This document shows positions 18,226 through 28,601 of a stretch of 64,000 bases of DNA, piece by piece. Position numbers and translations under genes: made by a program. Positions within the stretch are counted from its first letter, which is position 1; each line of letters starts with the position of its first letter. This DNA is from Flavobacteriales bacterium (GTDB lineage Bacteria; Bacteroidota; Bacteroidia; Flavobacteriales_D; Sanyastnellaceae). Under the pieces are notes generated by a model. The model was given only the letters and a program-made list of their open reading frames with translations, was not told the origin of the DNA and ran no database searches. The stretch is from the NCBI GenBank assembly GCA_947466425.1, contig CANIBZ010000008.1:6406-70405 (forward strand), read 5' to 3'.

Positions 18226-19040
18226 TAACGTTCGTCTTTCCAAATTCGTTTTTCAACCAATTTCAATTTTTGGTTGAAGAAGATTGCTGTGCTCTTTTCG
18301 AAAGATTCCGTGTAATCTGAAACCCAAAAGGAGTATTTCGGTTTGCGCTTACTTGTGTTGAGAATGTCTTTCTTTTTCAAAACATCGGAGACCGCTTGAG
18401 CAACAACAGAAGCACTGTCGATGATTTCAATTTTCTGCTGATAAAATTTCTCGACTTCTTTTTTTATTAAAGGATAATGCGTACAGCCCAAGATGAGTGC
18501 TTCAATTCCTTTAAAAGATGATTTCGATAAATAGCTATCGATGATACTTTGCGAAATTTTGTTGTTGTAATATCCTTCTTCGATCATGGAAGCCAACAAG
18601 GGAGTTGCGTTGGAAAGGACCTTCAAATTTGGATTTAATTTTTCAATGCGCTTGACGTAAATACGAGATTGAATGGTTCCTTTTGTTCCAATTACTCCAA
18701 CCTTTCCTTTTTGATAATGCGCAGCTGTATATGCCGCAACAGGGTCAACAACATTAATAACGGGTATGTGAGAAGGAATACTTTTAACAACAGTCTTGTA
18801 GGCATGCGCTGAAGCCGTGTTACATGCAATAACAATCGCCTTGCATTTATTTTCTACTAACAGTTCTGCAATACGATTTGAATAAGCGCGAATACTATCG
18901 GGTGACTTATCGCCGTATGGCAAGTGGGCCGTATCTCCGAAATAAATAAACGATTCATTGGGAAGAACTTTCTGTATGGCCTTAGCCACAGTGAGCCCTC
19001 CAATTCCGGAATCGAATATGCCTATTGGATTTGTATTCAT
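18222..19040 (-). CDS. murI: Glutamate racemase
   Basis: 272 aa. IGIFDSGIGGLTV, the ACNTAS and GCTHYP catalytic Cys motifs. Confidence 0.95.
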   Translation of the reverse strand: MNTNPIGIFDSGIGGLTVAKAIQKVLPNESFIYFGDTAHLPYGDKSPDSIRAYSNRIAELLVENKCKAIVIACNTASAHAYKTVVKSIPSHIPVINVVDPVAAYTAAHYQKGKVGVIGTKGTIQSRIYVKRIEKLNPNLKVLSNATPLLASMIEEGYYNNKISQSIIDSYLSKSSFKGIEALILGCTHYPLIKKEVEKFYQQKIEIIDSASVVAQAVSDVLKKKDILNTSKRKPKYSFWVSDYTESFEKSTAIFFNQKLKLVEKRIWKDERY

Positions 19041-19043
19041 GGC

Positions 19044-19069
19044 TAAAAAAATCCCGCCTAGCGGGATTT
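19044..19069 (-). terminator. Intrinsic terminator after the ompH pair
   Basis: The minus strand reads AAATCCCGC-TAG-GCGGGATTT followed by TTTT, 18 nt after the ompH stop. Confidence 0.6.
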
Positions 19070-19086
19070 CAATATTGTACTTTCAA

Positions 19087-19629
19087 TTATTTCTGAGTAG
19101 GGCTTGTAGGCGAAGGAGCGGGAATCTTCAACTCTATGCGAAGTTTTTCGCTCAAATCTTCTCCACCAGCATAAACTAAATTTCCAGCACCTAAATCGAA
19201 AACATAAGTATACCCGCCTGCCTTAGCAAGCTTAGCAACTGCTGCATCAAGCTCATCATACAAAGGCTTCAATAACGATTCCTGCACTTGCTGTAACTCA
19301 CCGTTTGCAGTTTGTTGGAAGTCCATCATGTTCTGCTCTAAATCTGCAATGGCTTGCGCTTTACTTTGACGAATAGCTTCTGGCCATCCACCAGCACTTA
19401 CAGACATTTTCGATTTGGTTTCATACTCAGCAACCTTATCATCGTGCTCCTTTTGCATAACTACATACTCACCTTCAAAGGATTTTTTTGCTGTCTCCAT
19501 ATCCGCTTGAGCTCCTTTCATTGCAGGCATTTGCAAAAGAATTGCTTGTCTATCTACGTGCGCTAACTTCTGCGCGAATGCACCAAATCCCAATGAAATA
19601 AATAGTGCTGCTAAAATTGTCTTCTTCAT
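19087..19629 (-). CDS. OmpH/Skp family periplasmic chaperone
   Basis: 180 aa with a signal peptide and coiled-coil-rich composition. It sits downstream of bamA, as in the conserved bamA-skp arrangement. Confidence 0.75.
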   Translation of the reverse strand: MKKTILAALFISLGFGAFAQKLAHVDRQAILLQMPAMKGAQADMETAKKSFEGEYVVMQKEHDDKVAEYETKSKMSVSAGGWPEAIRQSKAQAIADLEQNMMDFQQTANGELQQVQESLLKPLYDELDAAVAKLAKAGGYTYVFDLGAGNLVYAGGEDLSEKLRIELKIPAPSPTSPTQK

Positions 19630-19679
19630 GATTGTATGTTTTTTTTTCTTCTATTCAATGACAGTACCAAAAATACGCA

Positions 19680-20330
19680 TTAGTTGCCTTTCCCCGGTGA
19701 ACTTGGACGATCATTTCCTGGTCGACCTGTTCCGGTGCCTGGTTTTTCGTCTGATTTCTCCTCAGAATCATCCTTATCGTCTCCTTTGTCCAAAACCTCA
19801 CCTGGTTTCAATCCCATTTTCTTCAGCACCTTATCGCTGATGTCGTGTTTCGGATTAGTGTATAACATATTCGAGTGATTCGCCTTATCGAATACCACCA
19901 TGTATTGTGATTGTGAAGCAATATCTTCAATGGCTTGAAAAATTTGTTCCTGAATAGGAGCAACCAACTCTTCTCGTTTTTTGAATAAGTCACCCTCAAC
20001 ACCAAATTTAGATTTTTGATATTGCTTGGCTTCATCGCGACGCTCATTAATGTCGGCTTCGCGCTTCTTCTTCATTTCTTCAGTAAGTAATATTTTCTCC
20101 GCTTGAAAAGACTTTTCCAATTGCTCTATGGCGGTGTATTTCTGCTCTACCTGAGCTTGCCATTCTGAACTAAGCTCGTTAATCTGTTTTTGAGCAGCCA
20201 CATATTCGGGCATGTGCGATAAGATATACTTCGAATCTACGTATGCGAATTTTTGAGCGCTCAACGACAACGTTGAAACAATAAGCACAAAAGAAAAAAT
20301 GAATTTGATTGTTGAATTTGCTTTCATCAT
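19680..20330 (-). CDS. OmpH/Skp family periplasmic chaperone with an acidic/Gly-Pro C-terminal tail
   Basis: 216 aa. Signal peptide, FAYVDSKYIL and Skp-like helical content, immediately downstream of bamA. Confidence 0.75.
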   Translation of the reverse strand: MMKANSTIKFIFSFVLIVSTLSLSAQKFAYVDSKYILSHMPEYVAAQKQINELSSEWQAQVEQKYTAIEQLEKSFQAEKILLTEEMKKKREADINERRDEAKQYQKSKFGVEGDLFKKREELVAPIQEQIFQAIEDIASQSQYMVVFDKANHSNMLYTNPKHDISDKVLKKMGLKPGEVLDKGDDKDDSEEKSDEKPGTGTGRPGNDRPSSPGKGN

Positions 20331-20338
20331 TCGTTTTT

Positions 20339-22909
20339 TTAAAGTTCACCCATGTTCATACCAATACTGAAGTGGAACTGACCAGGCGCCATGTTTGGAG
20401 CGTTAGGCACATCGTTCAATCTCCATCCGTAATCGAATCCCAATAATCCAAACATAGGTAAAAAGATTCGAAGTCCACCACCTACCGATTTGTACAAATT
20501 GAACGGATTGTAATCCGAGAAATCTACCCACGTTCTTCCTGCTTCAGCAAAAGCCAAGGCGAAGATTGTTGCTTGTGGATTCAAAGATATTGGGTATCTA
20601 AGTTCCGCGCCATACTTCGTAATTACAGGAGCTCCTACACGATCGCTTGGCATGGTCAAAGACAAATCGTCGTAACCACGCAAATTCACAATTTCACGTC
20701 CATCTAAAAGGTATCCGCTCAAGTAAACACCACCCATGTAGAAGCGCTCAAATGGCGATTGTCCTAAGCTCTTGTTGTAGGTGCCTAAGAAACCAAATCC
20801 TGCGTGGGTATGAAGCACCAGCTTATTTGTTTTGTGTTTGTTCAATGAAGTGTACCAATTCGCTGTGAATTTCAATTTATAATATTCCACCCAGTCAACC
20901 TTTTGCTGATCAGTCATGTGGGCATAGTCATACGTTTTGCCGAATAAATTTTCACCTAAAAATGTATAAGGCAATGTGCACTTCGAACTAAAGGTAATCT
21001 TCGAACCCCAAGTGGGGTAAATGGTTTCAGACAACGAACTTCTTTCAATAGTGAAATTCGCTGCAAGGTTATTTGAGTAACCGTTGTTGAAAGAGAAGAA
21101 CGATCCGTAATTATTCAAATCGAAATGTTGGTATGAAATTCCACCAAAGAATAAGAACCAGTCATCCGGCTTCTGCCAACGTTGACCAAATGAAACAGAT
21201 GCTCCCGTAATAATCAACGATTGACGAAGAGGATTTAAGACTTCGCCTAGATACTTTTTTTGTCCGTTCGACTGCACACTGTGATACGCCGAAACAGATA
21301 AAGAGTTAGGTCTTTTTCCGCCCAACCAAGGTTCTGAGAAACTTAGATTATACGATTGGTAATAGGCACCATTGCTCATTGCACGAATGGAAAGTCGTTG
21401 TCCATCTCCCGTTGGAAGGGGGCTCCAAGCCTCTTTCTTGAAGAAATTGCGCATGCTAAAGTTGTTGAAACTTAGTCCAAGCGAACCAACAACGCGTCCG
21501 CCACCCCAACCACCAGACAATTCAATTTGATCGGACGGTTTCTCTTCAACCACATATTCTAGATCAACCAATCCTTCGTCGGCTCTTGGGTTCGTGCGAA
21601 TATCGAATGCCTCTTGACTGAAGTAATTCAAATTGGCCAACTCGCGTTGCGAACGAATCAAATCGGAACGATTGAACAGATCTCCTGGTCGCGTTCTAAT
21701 TTCACGATAAATTACATGGTCGTTTGTTTTGGTATTTCCTGAAACGCTCACCACTCCAACTCTGTATTGTTTACCCTCACCCATGCGCACTTCAATGTCA
21801 ATGCTATCGGGTGGAACCAATGACTCAACAGGATAAGCGTAGAAATTCAAGTATCCGTCATCGGTGTAGAGTGAGGCAACGTCACGACCAGTTTGGTTCA
21901 TGTTCAAACGTGTTTGAAGAACCTCCATATTGTAGACATCTCCTTTCTTGATGTTCAAGATTGAGTCAAGTGAATTGCTTCGGTATTTTGTATTTCCAAT
22001 AAAGGAAATGTTTCGGAAATAAAATTTATTTCCTTCATCCAACGTAATTTTTATTTTCAATCTTTCAGGTCCTACCGCATAGATTGAATCTTTAACAATT
22101 CGCATATTGCGAAATCCTTCTTTGTTGTATCGCGCTACAATAGCCGCCTTATCTTCTTCGTATTCTTCTTCCAAAAATTTCGAAGATTTGAACACGTGGT
22201 ATATCGCAGCTTTCTTGGTATTCTTCATGGTACGATTCAGCGTCGTAATCGCCATCTTGTCAGCACCCACCCATTCAATTTCTTCAATTTTAATTCGATT
22301 GCCTCTTTCAATATCGAAGGTGAGCTCAACTGCATTCGGCAAATTAGGATAGGGCTTGTCTACAATATCTACCTTGGCATTGAAGTATCCTTTTTCAATA
22401 TAGAAATCTTTGATAATGTTCGTGGCTGTTGCCTTTAAGTTTTCGTTCACAATATTACCTGAACGAATCTTCATTTTTTCACGAAGATTATCGGCATCAC
22501 CTTTCTTTATCCCATCGAATTTAAACACACCTAATTTCGGAAGTTCCTTCACTACGATAACAAGAAAAGCATCGTCTCCGCGGGCTTCCGCCAAACGAAT
22601 ATCAATGGATGAGAACAACTGATTTTTCCATAGTTTTCGAAGAGCGTCTGCAATCGCATCGCCGGGAATCATAATCTCTTGACCTACTTTCAAACCACAA
22701 AAAAGTAAAATAGCTTGAGCGTCGGTATATTCTGCGCCCATGACCGTGATTCCAGCCAATTTCATTTTACGCGGTTCCGCATAGTCAATGGTTGAACCCA
22801 ATTCTACCTGAGCATGAATATCCGGAGTGACGAATAAAGACGCGATGACCACAAGAACAAAGAAAAATGTTCGCGTAATTGGGAGGGTGTATTTTGACGT
22901 CTTTCTCAA
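20339..22909 (-). CDS. bamA: Outer membrane protein assembly factor BamA
   Basis: 856 aa. POTRA-like repeats followed by a C-terminal Omp85 barrel (GGxxxVRGY-like NLRGYDD, FHFSIG). Confidence 0.9.
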   Translation of the reverse strand: MRKTSKYTLPITRTFFFVLVVIASLFVTPDIHAQVELGSTIDYAEPRKMKLAGITVMGAEYTDAQAILLFCGLKVGQEIMIPGDAIADALRKLWKNQLFSSIDIRLAEARGDDAFLVIVVKELPKLGVFKFDGIKKGDADNLREKMKIRSGNIVNENLKATATNIIKDFYIEKGYFNAKVDIVDKPYPNLPNAVELTFDIERGNRIKIEEIEWVGADKMAITTLNRTMKNTKKAAIYHVFKSSKFLEEEYEEDKAAIVARYNKEGFRNMRIVKDSIYAVGPERLKIKITLDEGNKFYFRNISFIGNTKYRSNSLDSILNIKKGDVYNMEVLQTRLNMNQTGRDVASLYTDDGYLNFYAYPVESLVPPDSIDIEVRMGEGKQYRVGVVSVSGNTKTNDHVIYREIRTRPGDLFNRSDLIRSQRELANLNYFSQEAFDIRTNPRADEGLVDLEYVVEEKPSDQIELSGGWGGGRVVGSLGLSFNNFSMRNFFKKEAWSPLPTGDGQRLSIRAMSNGAYYQSYNLSFSEPWLGGKRPNSLSVSAYHSVQSNGQKKYLGEVLNPLRQSLIITGASVSFGQRWQKPDDWFLFFGGISYQHFDLNNYGSFFSFNNGYSNNLAANFTIERSSLSETIYPTWGSKITFSSKCTLPYTFLGENLFGKTYDYAHMTDQQKVDWVEYYKLKFTANWYTSLNKHKTNKLVLHTHAGFGFLGTYNKSLGQSPFERFYMGGVYLSGYLLDGREIVNLRGYDDLSLTMPSDRVGAPVITKYGAELRYPISLNPQATIFALAFAEAGRTWVDFSDYNPFNLYKSVGGGLRIFLPMFGLLGFDYGWRLNDVPNAPNMAPGQFHFSIGMNMGEL

Positions 22910-22915
22910 CTTAAT

Positions 22916-23656
22916 CTATTTCGTTAGTTCTGTTTGCTCGGAAGTCATGCCGAACCTACGTTCACGGCCTTGGAAACTGACTAAAGCTTCAAAAAAATGT
23001 TCTTCTCTGAATTCAGGCCACATAATCGGCGTGAAATGCAATTCCGTGTAGGCAATTTGCCAAAGTAAAAAATTACTAATCCGATGCTCACCGCTGGTCC
23101 GAATAAGTAATTCAGGGTCTGGAATATTTGCAGTTGATAGGTTTTGAGCAATCACGTCAGCCGTAACGTTCTGTTCTGGAATTTGTTGTGCAATGATTGC
23201 TCTAACTGCTTTTACCATTTCCCAACGAGCGCTGTAGTTCAAGGCCAATACCAAAGTAATATCTTTATTGTCTGCTGTTTTGGCAATCGCTACTTTCAGC
23301 TCATCGCGACATTTCATAGGTAGTTCTTCAAGATCGCCAATGGCTAATAATCGAACACCATTTTCCATGAGCTCAGCCACTTCACTAATGATGGTAGACA
23401 CGAGCAAATCCATAAGGGCATCTACCTCTTCTTTAGGGCGGTTCCAATTTTCAGTTGAAAATGCGTAGAGTGTAAGAAATTCAACCTGTGCTCTTCTTGC
23501 TGCCTTTATTGTTGCTCGCACAGATTCAACTCCATTAAAGTGTCCGAAAATCCGATCTTTCCCCTGAGTTTTAGCCCAACGTCCATTTCCGTCCATGATA
23601 ACAGCAACATGTCGCGGGGTCTTACTTAAGTCTATTTGATCGAAGGCACTTTTCAT
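22916..23656 (-). CDS. uppS: Isoprenyl transferase (undecaprenyl-diphosphate synthase)
   Basis: 246 aa. HVAVIMDGNGRWA, FSTENWNRP, and RTSGEHRISNFLLWQ. Confidence 0.95.
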   Translation of the reverse strand: MKSAFDQIDLSKTPRHVAVIMDGNGRWAKTQGKDRIFGHFNGVESVRATIKAARRAQVEFLTLYAFSTENWNRPKEEVDALMDLLVSTIISEVAELMENGVRLLAIGDLEELPMKCRDELKVAIAKTADNKDITLVLALNYSARWEMVKAVRAIIAQQIPEQNVTADVIAQNLSTANIPDPELLIRTSGEHRISNFLLWQIAYTELHFTPIMWPEFREEHFFEALVSFQGRERRFGMTSEQTELTK

Positions 23657-23697
23657 CGAAGTGCGAAGATACGGAAAGCATGAGTACTGACAAGCAC

Positions 23698-24534
23698 TTA
23701 GTCCCAGGTTGCGCAGCTATTTGCTTTTTTATCTATTCTGAAATTTAACGAGGCCATGCAGAAGAAGTAAAGATCCTTTCTTCCAGGGTCACCTCGCTGC
23801 ATATAAGCATTATTTGTATTCTCTGGAAGGACACTTTGGTCTGCTAGGTTCGCAGCCAATTGACCACGCGCAGCCGTTAACATTGTTGGATTCACATAAG
23901 ACCCTGAAATATCGTCGAAATAATCGGTGTACAATTTCCTCATTCCCCACTCCAAAGAAAATCCTAGTAACCCTTTAATGTTGCATTTCAACCCGGCTCC
24001 CATTGGCATGGTAAATCCAGTTGTTTTATAAAGCGGATCATTACCCGCCATTCCTTGTCCTTCAGTACCAGCAGGCTGCAGCGCATGCCAATAACCGTTA
24101 TACATTCCTTCAGGATTCATTCGAAAAACAGCGGCACCTAGAAAAAAATACGGGGAAATATTATGTTTTGAATTGATCTGATAATTGAAGAAGTTCAATT
24201 CCGCAATGACGCTACCTTCGAAAAAACGATTTCGAAAATTTAAATTTCGATTTTGCTGCCAAATGTCTTTGCTATCGGAATCGAAAGCCTCAATATTTCC
24301 GTAAGACAATCCGGTTCTGATAGACCATCGCTTATTCAGATTGTTACGAATAGCAATTCCAAGAGCCAATTTCTCTTTCGTTCCGAAATGTTTTGCAGGA
24401 TTAATTTCCCCAATGTAATAGGCAGTACCTGCAGAAATAGAAAGCTCCTTGCTTTTCTCTCTGCTGTGCCCTTGAGCGTTCGCAGAGAAACTTCCAAAAA
24501 GAAATAAAATGAAAAGAAGTAAACGGTTATTCAT
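23698..24534 (-). CDS. Outer-membrane beta-barrel protein (DUF6089-like by context)
   Basis: 278 aa. Signal peptide and beta-strand periodicity. Its position between uppS and nadK matches my recollection of Flavobacteriia synteny. Confidence 0.4.
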   Translation of the reverse strand: MNNRLLLFILFLFGSFSANAQGHSREKSKELSISAGTAYYIGEINPAKHFGTKEKLALGIAIRNNLNKRWSIRTGLSYGNIEAFDSDSKDIWQQNRNLNFRNRFFEGSVIAELNFFNYQINSKHNISPYFFLGAAVFRMNPEGMYNGYWHALQPAGTEGQGMAGNDPLYKTTGFTMPMGAGLKCNIKGLLGFSLEWGMRKLYTDYFDDISGSYVNPTMLTAARGQLAANLADQSVLPENTNNAYMQRGDPGRKDLYFFCMASLNFRIDKKANSCATWD

Positions 24535-24566
24535 GTCTGCTAAATGCTTTTTTCAATAATATATTG

Positions 24567-25442
24567 TCAATCTATACGAATGTCTAGTCCCCATCCCATT
24601 TTCTTTCGAATGGTTCGAAAGAAATTTCTTCCTTCCAAAAGTATCATTTGCAACTCGAAAGGTGCGCGTGATAATGAAATTTCGGTACCTCCTTCTAAAA
24701 CGTATTGAGTACTGTCTAACGTAACTTGAATTTGCCCCGATCTGCATTCTGCTCTCAATTTAACAGTAGAAGTATCGCCAATAACAAGCGGACGCGCTGT
24801 TAAGTTGTGAGCAGAAATAGGAGTTAAAATAAAATTATTCGAGTTTGGAGTTACAATAGGCCCACCGCATGAAAGCGAATAAGCTGTTGAACCTGTTGGG
24901 GTAGCAACGATTAACCCATCGGCCCAATAACTGCTTAAAAAAGCCTTATTTACCGAAGCGTTAATCTTTATCATTTCATTTCGCGTCGCGTTGTTAATGG
25001 TTATCTCGTTCAAAGCATAAGGAAAATCTCCAAAATCGAATTCTTCCGATTTAATTTGAATGAAAGAACGCGGGTCAATGGTGTACTCTGAATTTACAAA
25101 TTGCTCTAGGGCTTCATCAACTTCAGAAACGCTCACGTGAGATAAGAAACCCAATCTTCCTGTATTAATTCCTAAGATTGGAATACGCTTAGAACCTACT
25201 AGTCTTGCGGCATCTAGAAAGGTTCCGTCTCCTCCAAAACTGAAAAGCGCAGTTGCGTTTTCAAATTCTGAATGCTCTTCGAAGGTCGTGTGTGCTGGAA
25301 TCTGAATATAGGATTCAAGAAAACGCTCAAATCCTTTGTACATGCAAATGGAAATTCCACGTCGCACCATTTTCTCAAGAAATTGCTGCACCGAAGGAGC
25401 CAAGTCGGCATCAAATTTTTTTCCAAAAACGTAGACTAACAT
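24567..25442 (-). CDS. nadK: NAD kinase
   Basis: 291 aa. GGDGTFL, NTGRLGFL, and TPTGSTAYSLSCGGPIV. Confidence 0.9.
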   Translation of the reverse strand: MLVYVFGKKFDADLAPSVQQFLEKMVRRGISICMYKGFERFLESYIQIPAHTTFEEHSEFENATALFSFGGDGTFLDAARLVGSKRIPILGINTGRLGFLSHVSVSEVDEALEQFVNSEYTIDPRSFIQIKSEEFDFGDFPYALNEITINNATRNEMIKINASVNKAFLSSYWADGLIVATPTGSTAYSLSCGGPIVTPNSNNFILTPISAHNLTARPLVIGDTSTVKLRAECRSGQIQVTLDSTQYVLEGGTEISLSRAPFELQMILLEGRNFFRTIRKKMGWGLDIRID

Positions 25443-25480
25443 ATCGATTAAAAAACAAAGGTAGCGCTTTTCAGCAAACG

Positions 25481-26140
25481 CTACATATTCAAGTAACGCA
25501 TGAGTTCGTTGTAACGATCTTTTAACTCATCGTCGAATTGAGAAGCCTGAAACTTACTCAAGACATTGTAATTGAAACGCTCTAAACTTTGAAGAATAGG
25601 ATTCAAATCAGGAAGATCTATCTTAATGTGCATTTCTAAATTTCCTTCAGAAGCTGGAACAACTGAAAGACTTAAAATTTTCGCATTGTTCTCCTCAATG
25701 ATTCGGGCAATTTGCTGAATGCTATGGTCCCGCTCGAAAACTTGCAAGACAATAATTCCGCCTTCTCTCATGACACCGAGCATTTCAGCCAAATGATCGA
25801 GTAAGTCTGCAGAAGTAATACTTCCGAGGTAGTTATTTCCTTCGTCAACAACTGGAACAACAGTAACGTCATTCTCACTAATCACCTTCAACACATCTAA
25901 AACATGAGAATCTGGTGAAACCGAAACATTGAGCAAATCGAGATCGGCCTGAATCTCACCTTGATAAACTTCTGCGTTTAGAAAATCACTTTCATTCGCA
26001 AGACCTAAAAACAATCCGTTTTCAACCACAGGTAAATCATTCACCCGTAATTCATCCATTAAATTCAATACTTGCATAGCAGACTCCCCGCGATTGAGTG
26101 AGGGTAAGCTTTTCGATATTAAATTAAGGGCTCTGTTCAT
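25481..26140 (-). CDS. CBS domain pair protein
   Basis: 219 aa. Two CBS-like units ([11 protein letters not shown]..., [20 protein letters not shown]). Confidence 0.7.
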   Translation of the reverse strand: MNRALNLISKSLPSLNRGESAMQVLNLMDELRVNDLPVVENGLFLGLANESDFLNAEVYQGEIQADLDLLNVSVSPDSHVLDVLKVISENDVTVVPVVDEGNNYLGSITSADLLDHLAEMLGVMREGGIIVLQVFERDHSIQQIARIIEENNAKILSLSVVPASEGNLEMHIKIDLPDLNPILQSLERFNYNVLSKFQASQFDDELKDRYNELMRYLNM

Positions 26141-26240
26141 AGATTTATTTAACCAAGTTCAAACGTACATTCATTTTTCGTTCCACAACGTGAATTTGAA
26201 TTCGAATATTGCCGAGTTTTGCACAACCAATTTTAAACAC

Positions 26241-26954
26241 ATGATCGCACTTAGCGTAAACATTAATAAAATCGCCACTATTCGCAATGCCCGCGGTGGA
26301 AATACACCCGATGTCATTGTGGCAGCGCAGCGTATCGAACGCTTCGGTGCCGATGGCATAACGGTGCATCCAAGACCCGATGAGCGTCACATTCGGTACG
26401 CAGATGTGCCTGCATTGAAAAAAGTTGTGACAACAGAATTCAATGTTGAAGGATACCCTACACCTGATTTTATGGAATTGGTTATTCAATCGAAACCACA
26501 CCAAGTGACCCTGGTGCCAGATGCACCGGACGCTATTACCTCAAATGCGGGGTGGGATGTAGAAACCCATTTCGATTTTTTATCTGCAATAGTCCACGAA
26601 TTGAAATCTCACGGTATCCGAGTTAGTCTTTTCATGGAAGCCAATCAGTCTCTCATGAAAAGAGCTGCGGAAACTGGGACAGATCGAATTGAATTATATA
26701 CTGAAAGCTACGCAGTAGGTTATTCAGTTGACAAAGAAAAAGCTGTCGCTCCGTTTGTTGAAACCGCGAAAGCCGCTCACGAAGCAGGTTTGGGAATAAA
26801 CGCTGGCCATGATTTGAATTTAGAGAATTTGAAATATTTCGCGCAGCACGTTCCGTTTTTAGATGAAGTTTCTATTGGACATGCGCTTATTTCAGATGCA
26901 CTTTATTTCGGAATGGAGAACACCGTGCAGATGTATAAAAACGAATTACTCTAA
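26241..26954 (+). CDS. pdxJ: Pyridoxine 5'-phosphate synthase
   Basis: [29 protein letters not shown], and NAGHDLN. The ATG at 26241 is preferred because the track's 49-codon N-terminal extension overlaps the divergent CBS gene. Confidence 0.9.
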   Translation: MIALSVNINKIATIRNARGGNTPDVIVAAQRIERFGADGITVHPRPDERHIRYADVPALKKVVTTEFNVEGYPTPDFMELVIQSKPHQVTLVPDAPDAITSNAGWDVETHFDFLSAIVHELKSHGIRVSLFMEANQSLMKRAAETGTDRIELYTESYAVGYSVDKEKAVAPFVETAKAAHEAGLGINAGHDLNLENLKYFAQHVPFLDEVSIGHALISDALYFGMENTVQMYKNELL

Positions 26955-27724
26955 TGCAATTGTATTTCAATAAATACGGAGAAGGAAAACCCTTGCTCAT
27001 TTTTCACGGGCTATTCGGAACAGGAGATAATTGGACCACGCATGCTAAAAAATGGGCAGAACATGGGTTCTGCGTTTACACAATCGATCAACGCAATCAT
27101 GGAAGATCATTTCATTCAGATGAAATGAATTACAAACTCATGTGCGAAGATGCTATTGATTTCATTGCTTCTGAAAATCTTCGCGATGTGATACTCTTGG
27201 GGCACAGCATGGGCGGCAAGACAGTGATGCACGTCGCGCAAGAGATTGAATTTCTGATTGAAAAGTTGATTGTTGTTGACATGGGCGTGAAGCACTATCC
27301 ACGTCACCACGACGCCGTTTTTCAAGCATTGCGGTCAGTGCCATTGGATCAAATTACTTCAAGAGGGGAAGCTGAAGAAATCTTTTCCAAGACTTCGGTT
27401 GACAAGGCCACACAACTCTTCCTTCTTAAAAATCTGTATTGGAAAGAACCCGGGAAATTGGATTGGCGATTCAATTTAGATGCGTTGGAAAAACACATTG
27501 AAGAAATTCTCGCTGAAGTTCCCTTCATAAGCCCCGTGCAGGTTCCAACCCTTTTCATTAAAGGAGAACTTTCTAACTATGTTTTGAAAGAAGATCAAAC
27601 ACAATTGGAACATTACTTCCCAAAATCAAAAATCACCGAAGTAAAAAACTCCGGACATTGGCCACATGCCGAATCCCCTGAATTCTTTTTTAAGGAAGTA
27701 CTTGATTTTAGTCATCTCGTATAG
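26954..27724 (+). CDS. Alpha/beta-fold hydrolase (esterase family)
   Basis: 256 aa. HGLFG oxyanion region, nucleophile elbow GHSMGG, and C-terminal SGHWPH. Its start overlaps the pdxJ stop (TAATG). Confidence 0.8.
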   Translation: MQLYFNKYGEGKPLLIFHGLFGTGDNWTTHAKKWAEHGFCVYTIDQRNHGRSFHSDEMNYKLMCEDAIDFIASENLRDVILLGHSMGGKTVMHVAQEIEFLIEKLIVVDMGVKHYPRHHDAVFQALRSVPLDQITSRGEAEEIFSKTSVDKATQLFLLKNLYWKEPGKLDWRFNLDALEKHIEEILAEVPFISPVQVPTLFIKGELSNYVLKEDQTQLEHYFPKSKITEVKNSGHWPHAESPEFFFKEVLDFSHLV

Positions 27725-27737
27725 AACTCAATTCCTT

Positions 27738-27745
27738 TACCTTTG
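27738..27745 (+). promoter_or_regulatory. Bacteroidota-type -7 box (TACCTTTG)
   Basis: Exact TAnnTTTG match, 16 nt upstream of the usp ATG. Confidence 0.4.
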
Positions 27746-27760
27746 TAAAAAAATAATTCT

Positions 27761-28600
27761 ATGGGATTTTCGAAAAAAATACTTGTACCTGTTGATTTCA
27801 CTAAAGTTAGTGACGTTGCAATCGAGCATGCCTTGCTCATGGGAAAAACTATTGCAGCCAATATTCATTTGATACACATTGTAGACAACAAGAAGCATGT
27901 TTCAGAAGCGCGCTTAAAGCTTGAGGCCTTGAAAGATCGTGTTCGTGTGGAAAGCGGCGTTGAGATTCACACGCATGTGCGTATTGGAAACATCTTTGAA
28001 GACATAGACAAAGCAGCAACAGAAATGGATGCTGCGCTTATCATCATGGGAACGCATGGGGCTCGTGGAATGCAGTTTATGTCGGGAAGCCGCGCATTAA
28101 AAATTGTTACTGAAAGTTCAATTCCTTTCATCGTTGTTCAAGAAAGAACTATTCGTCAGCACGGATACAACCGCATTGTTGTCCCTCTCGACTTGCATAA
28201 AGAAACGAAGCAAAAACTAAGTGCGGTTCGTGATGTTGCGAAGTACTTCAACTCGAAGGTTTATTTAATTTCTCCGAATGAAACCGATGAGTTTTTGAAA
28301 AACCAATTGGACCGTAACCTGAATTACGCCATTGATTACTTAACATCATTGGAAATTCCGGTTGAAGTTGAGATTAGTGAAACCAAATCTGAAGGTTCTT
28401 TCGTGAAGTCGTTGTTGAAGTATTCAGCTTCGGTTGAAGCCGATTTGATTTGCATTATGAATTTTTACGAAAGTTCAATTTTGAATGTATTCAACTCTAG
28501 CTACGAACAGCATGTAATTACTAACGATGCGCAGATTCCAGTATTGTGCGTGAATCCTGTAGATACATACGTAGCCGACAGATCGAGCCTTGCGTCGTAA
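27761..28600 (+). CDS. Tandem universal stress protein (UspA family)
   Basis: 279 aa. Two Usp-like halves (ILVPVDFT..., MGTHGARG, and a second half with RIVVPLD). Confidence 0.75.
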   Translation: MGFSKKILVPVDFTKVSDVAIEHALLMGKTIAANIHLIHIVDNKKHVSEARLKLEALKDRVRVESGVEIHTHVRIGNIFEDIDKAATEMDAALIIMGTHGARGMQFMSGSRALKIVTESSIPFIVVQERTIRQHGYNRIVVPLDLHKETKQKLSAVRDVAKYFNSKVYLISPNETDEFLKNQLDRNLNYAIDYLTSLEIPVEVEISETKSEGSFVKSLLKYSASVEADLICIMNFYESSILNVFNSSYEQHVITNDAQIPVLCVNPVDTYVADRSSLAS

Positions 28601-28601
28601 T

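Noticed and set aside
19680-19790. The acidic, Gly/Pro-rich C-terminal tail of the second OmpH paralogue (DKGDDKDDSEEKSDEKPGTGTGRPGNDRPSSPGKGN) as a separate element
   Set aside because: It is a low-complexity tail within a normal Skp-family ORF. There is no repeat structure at the DNA level and no independent signal.
26094-26240. N-terminal extensions proposed by the longest-ORF track (pdxJ 26094; also GT 49947, ileS 57711, TPR-like 31034, PLP enzyme 52177, KMO 53330)
   Set aside because: The extensions overlap neighbouring genes or a terminator, and they add non-conserved residues ahead of the canonical N-termini or signal peptides. Internal ATG starts fit better.
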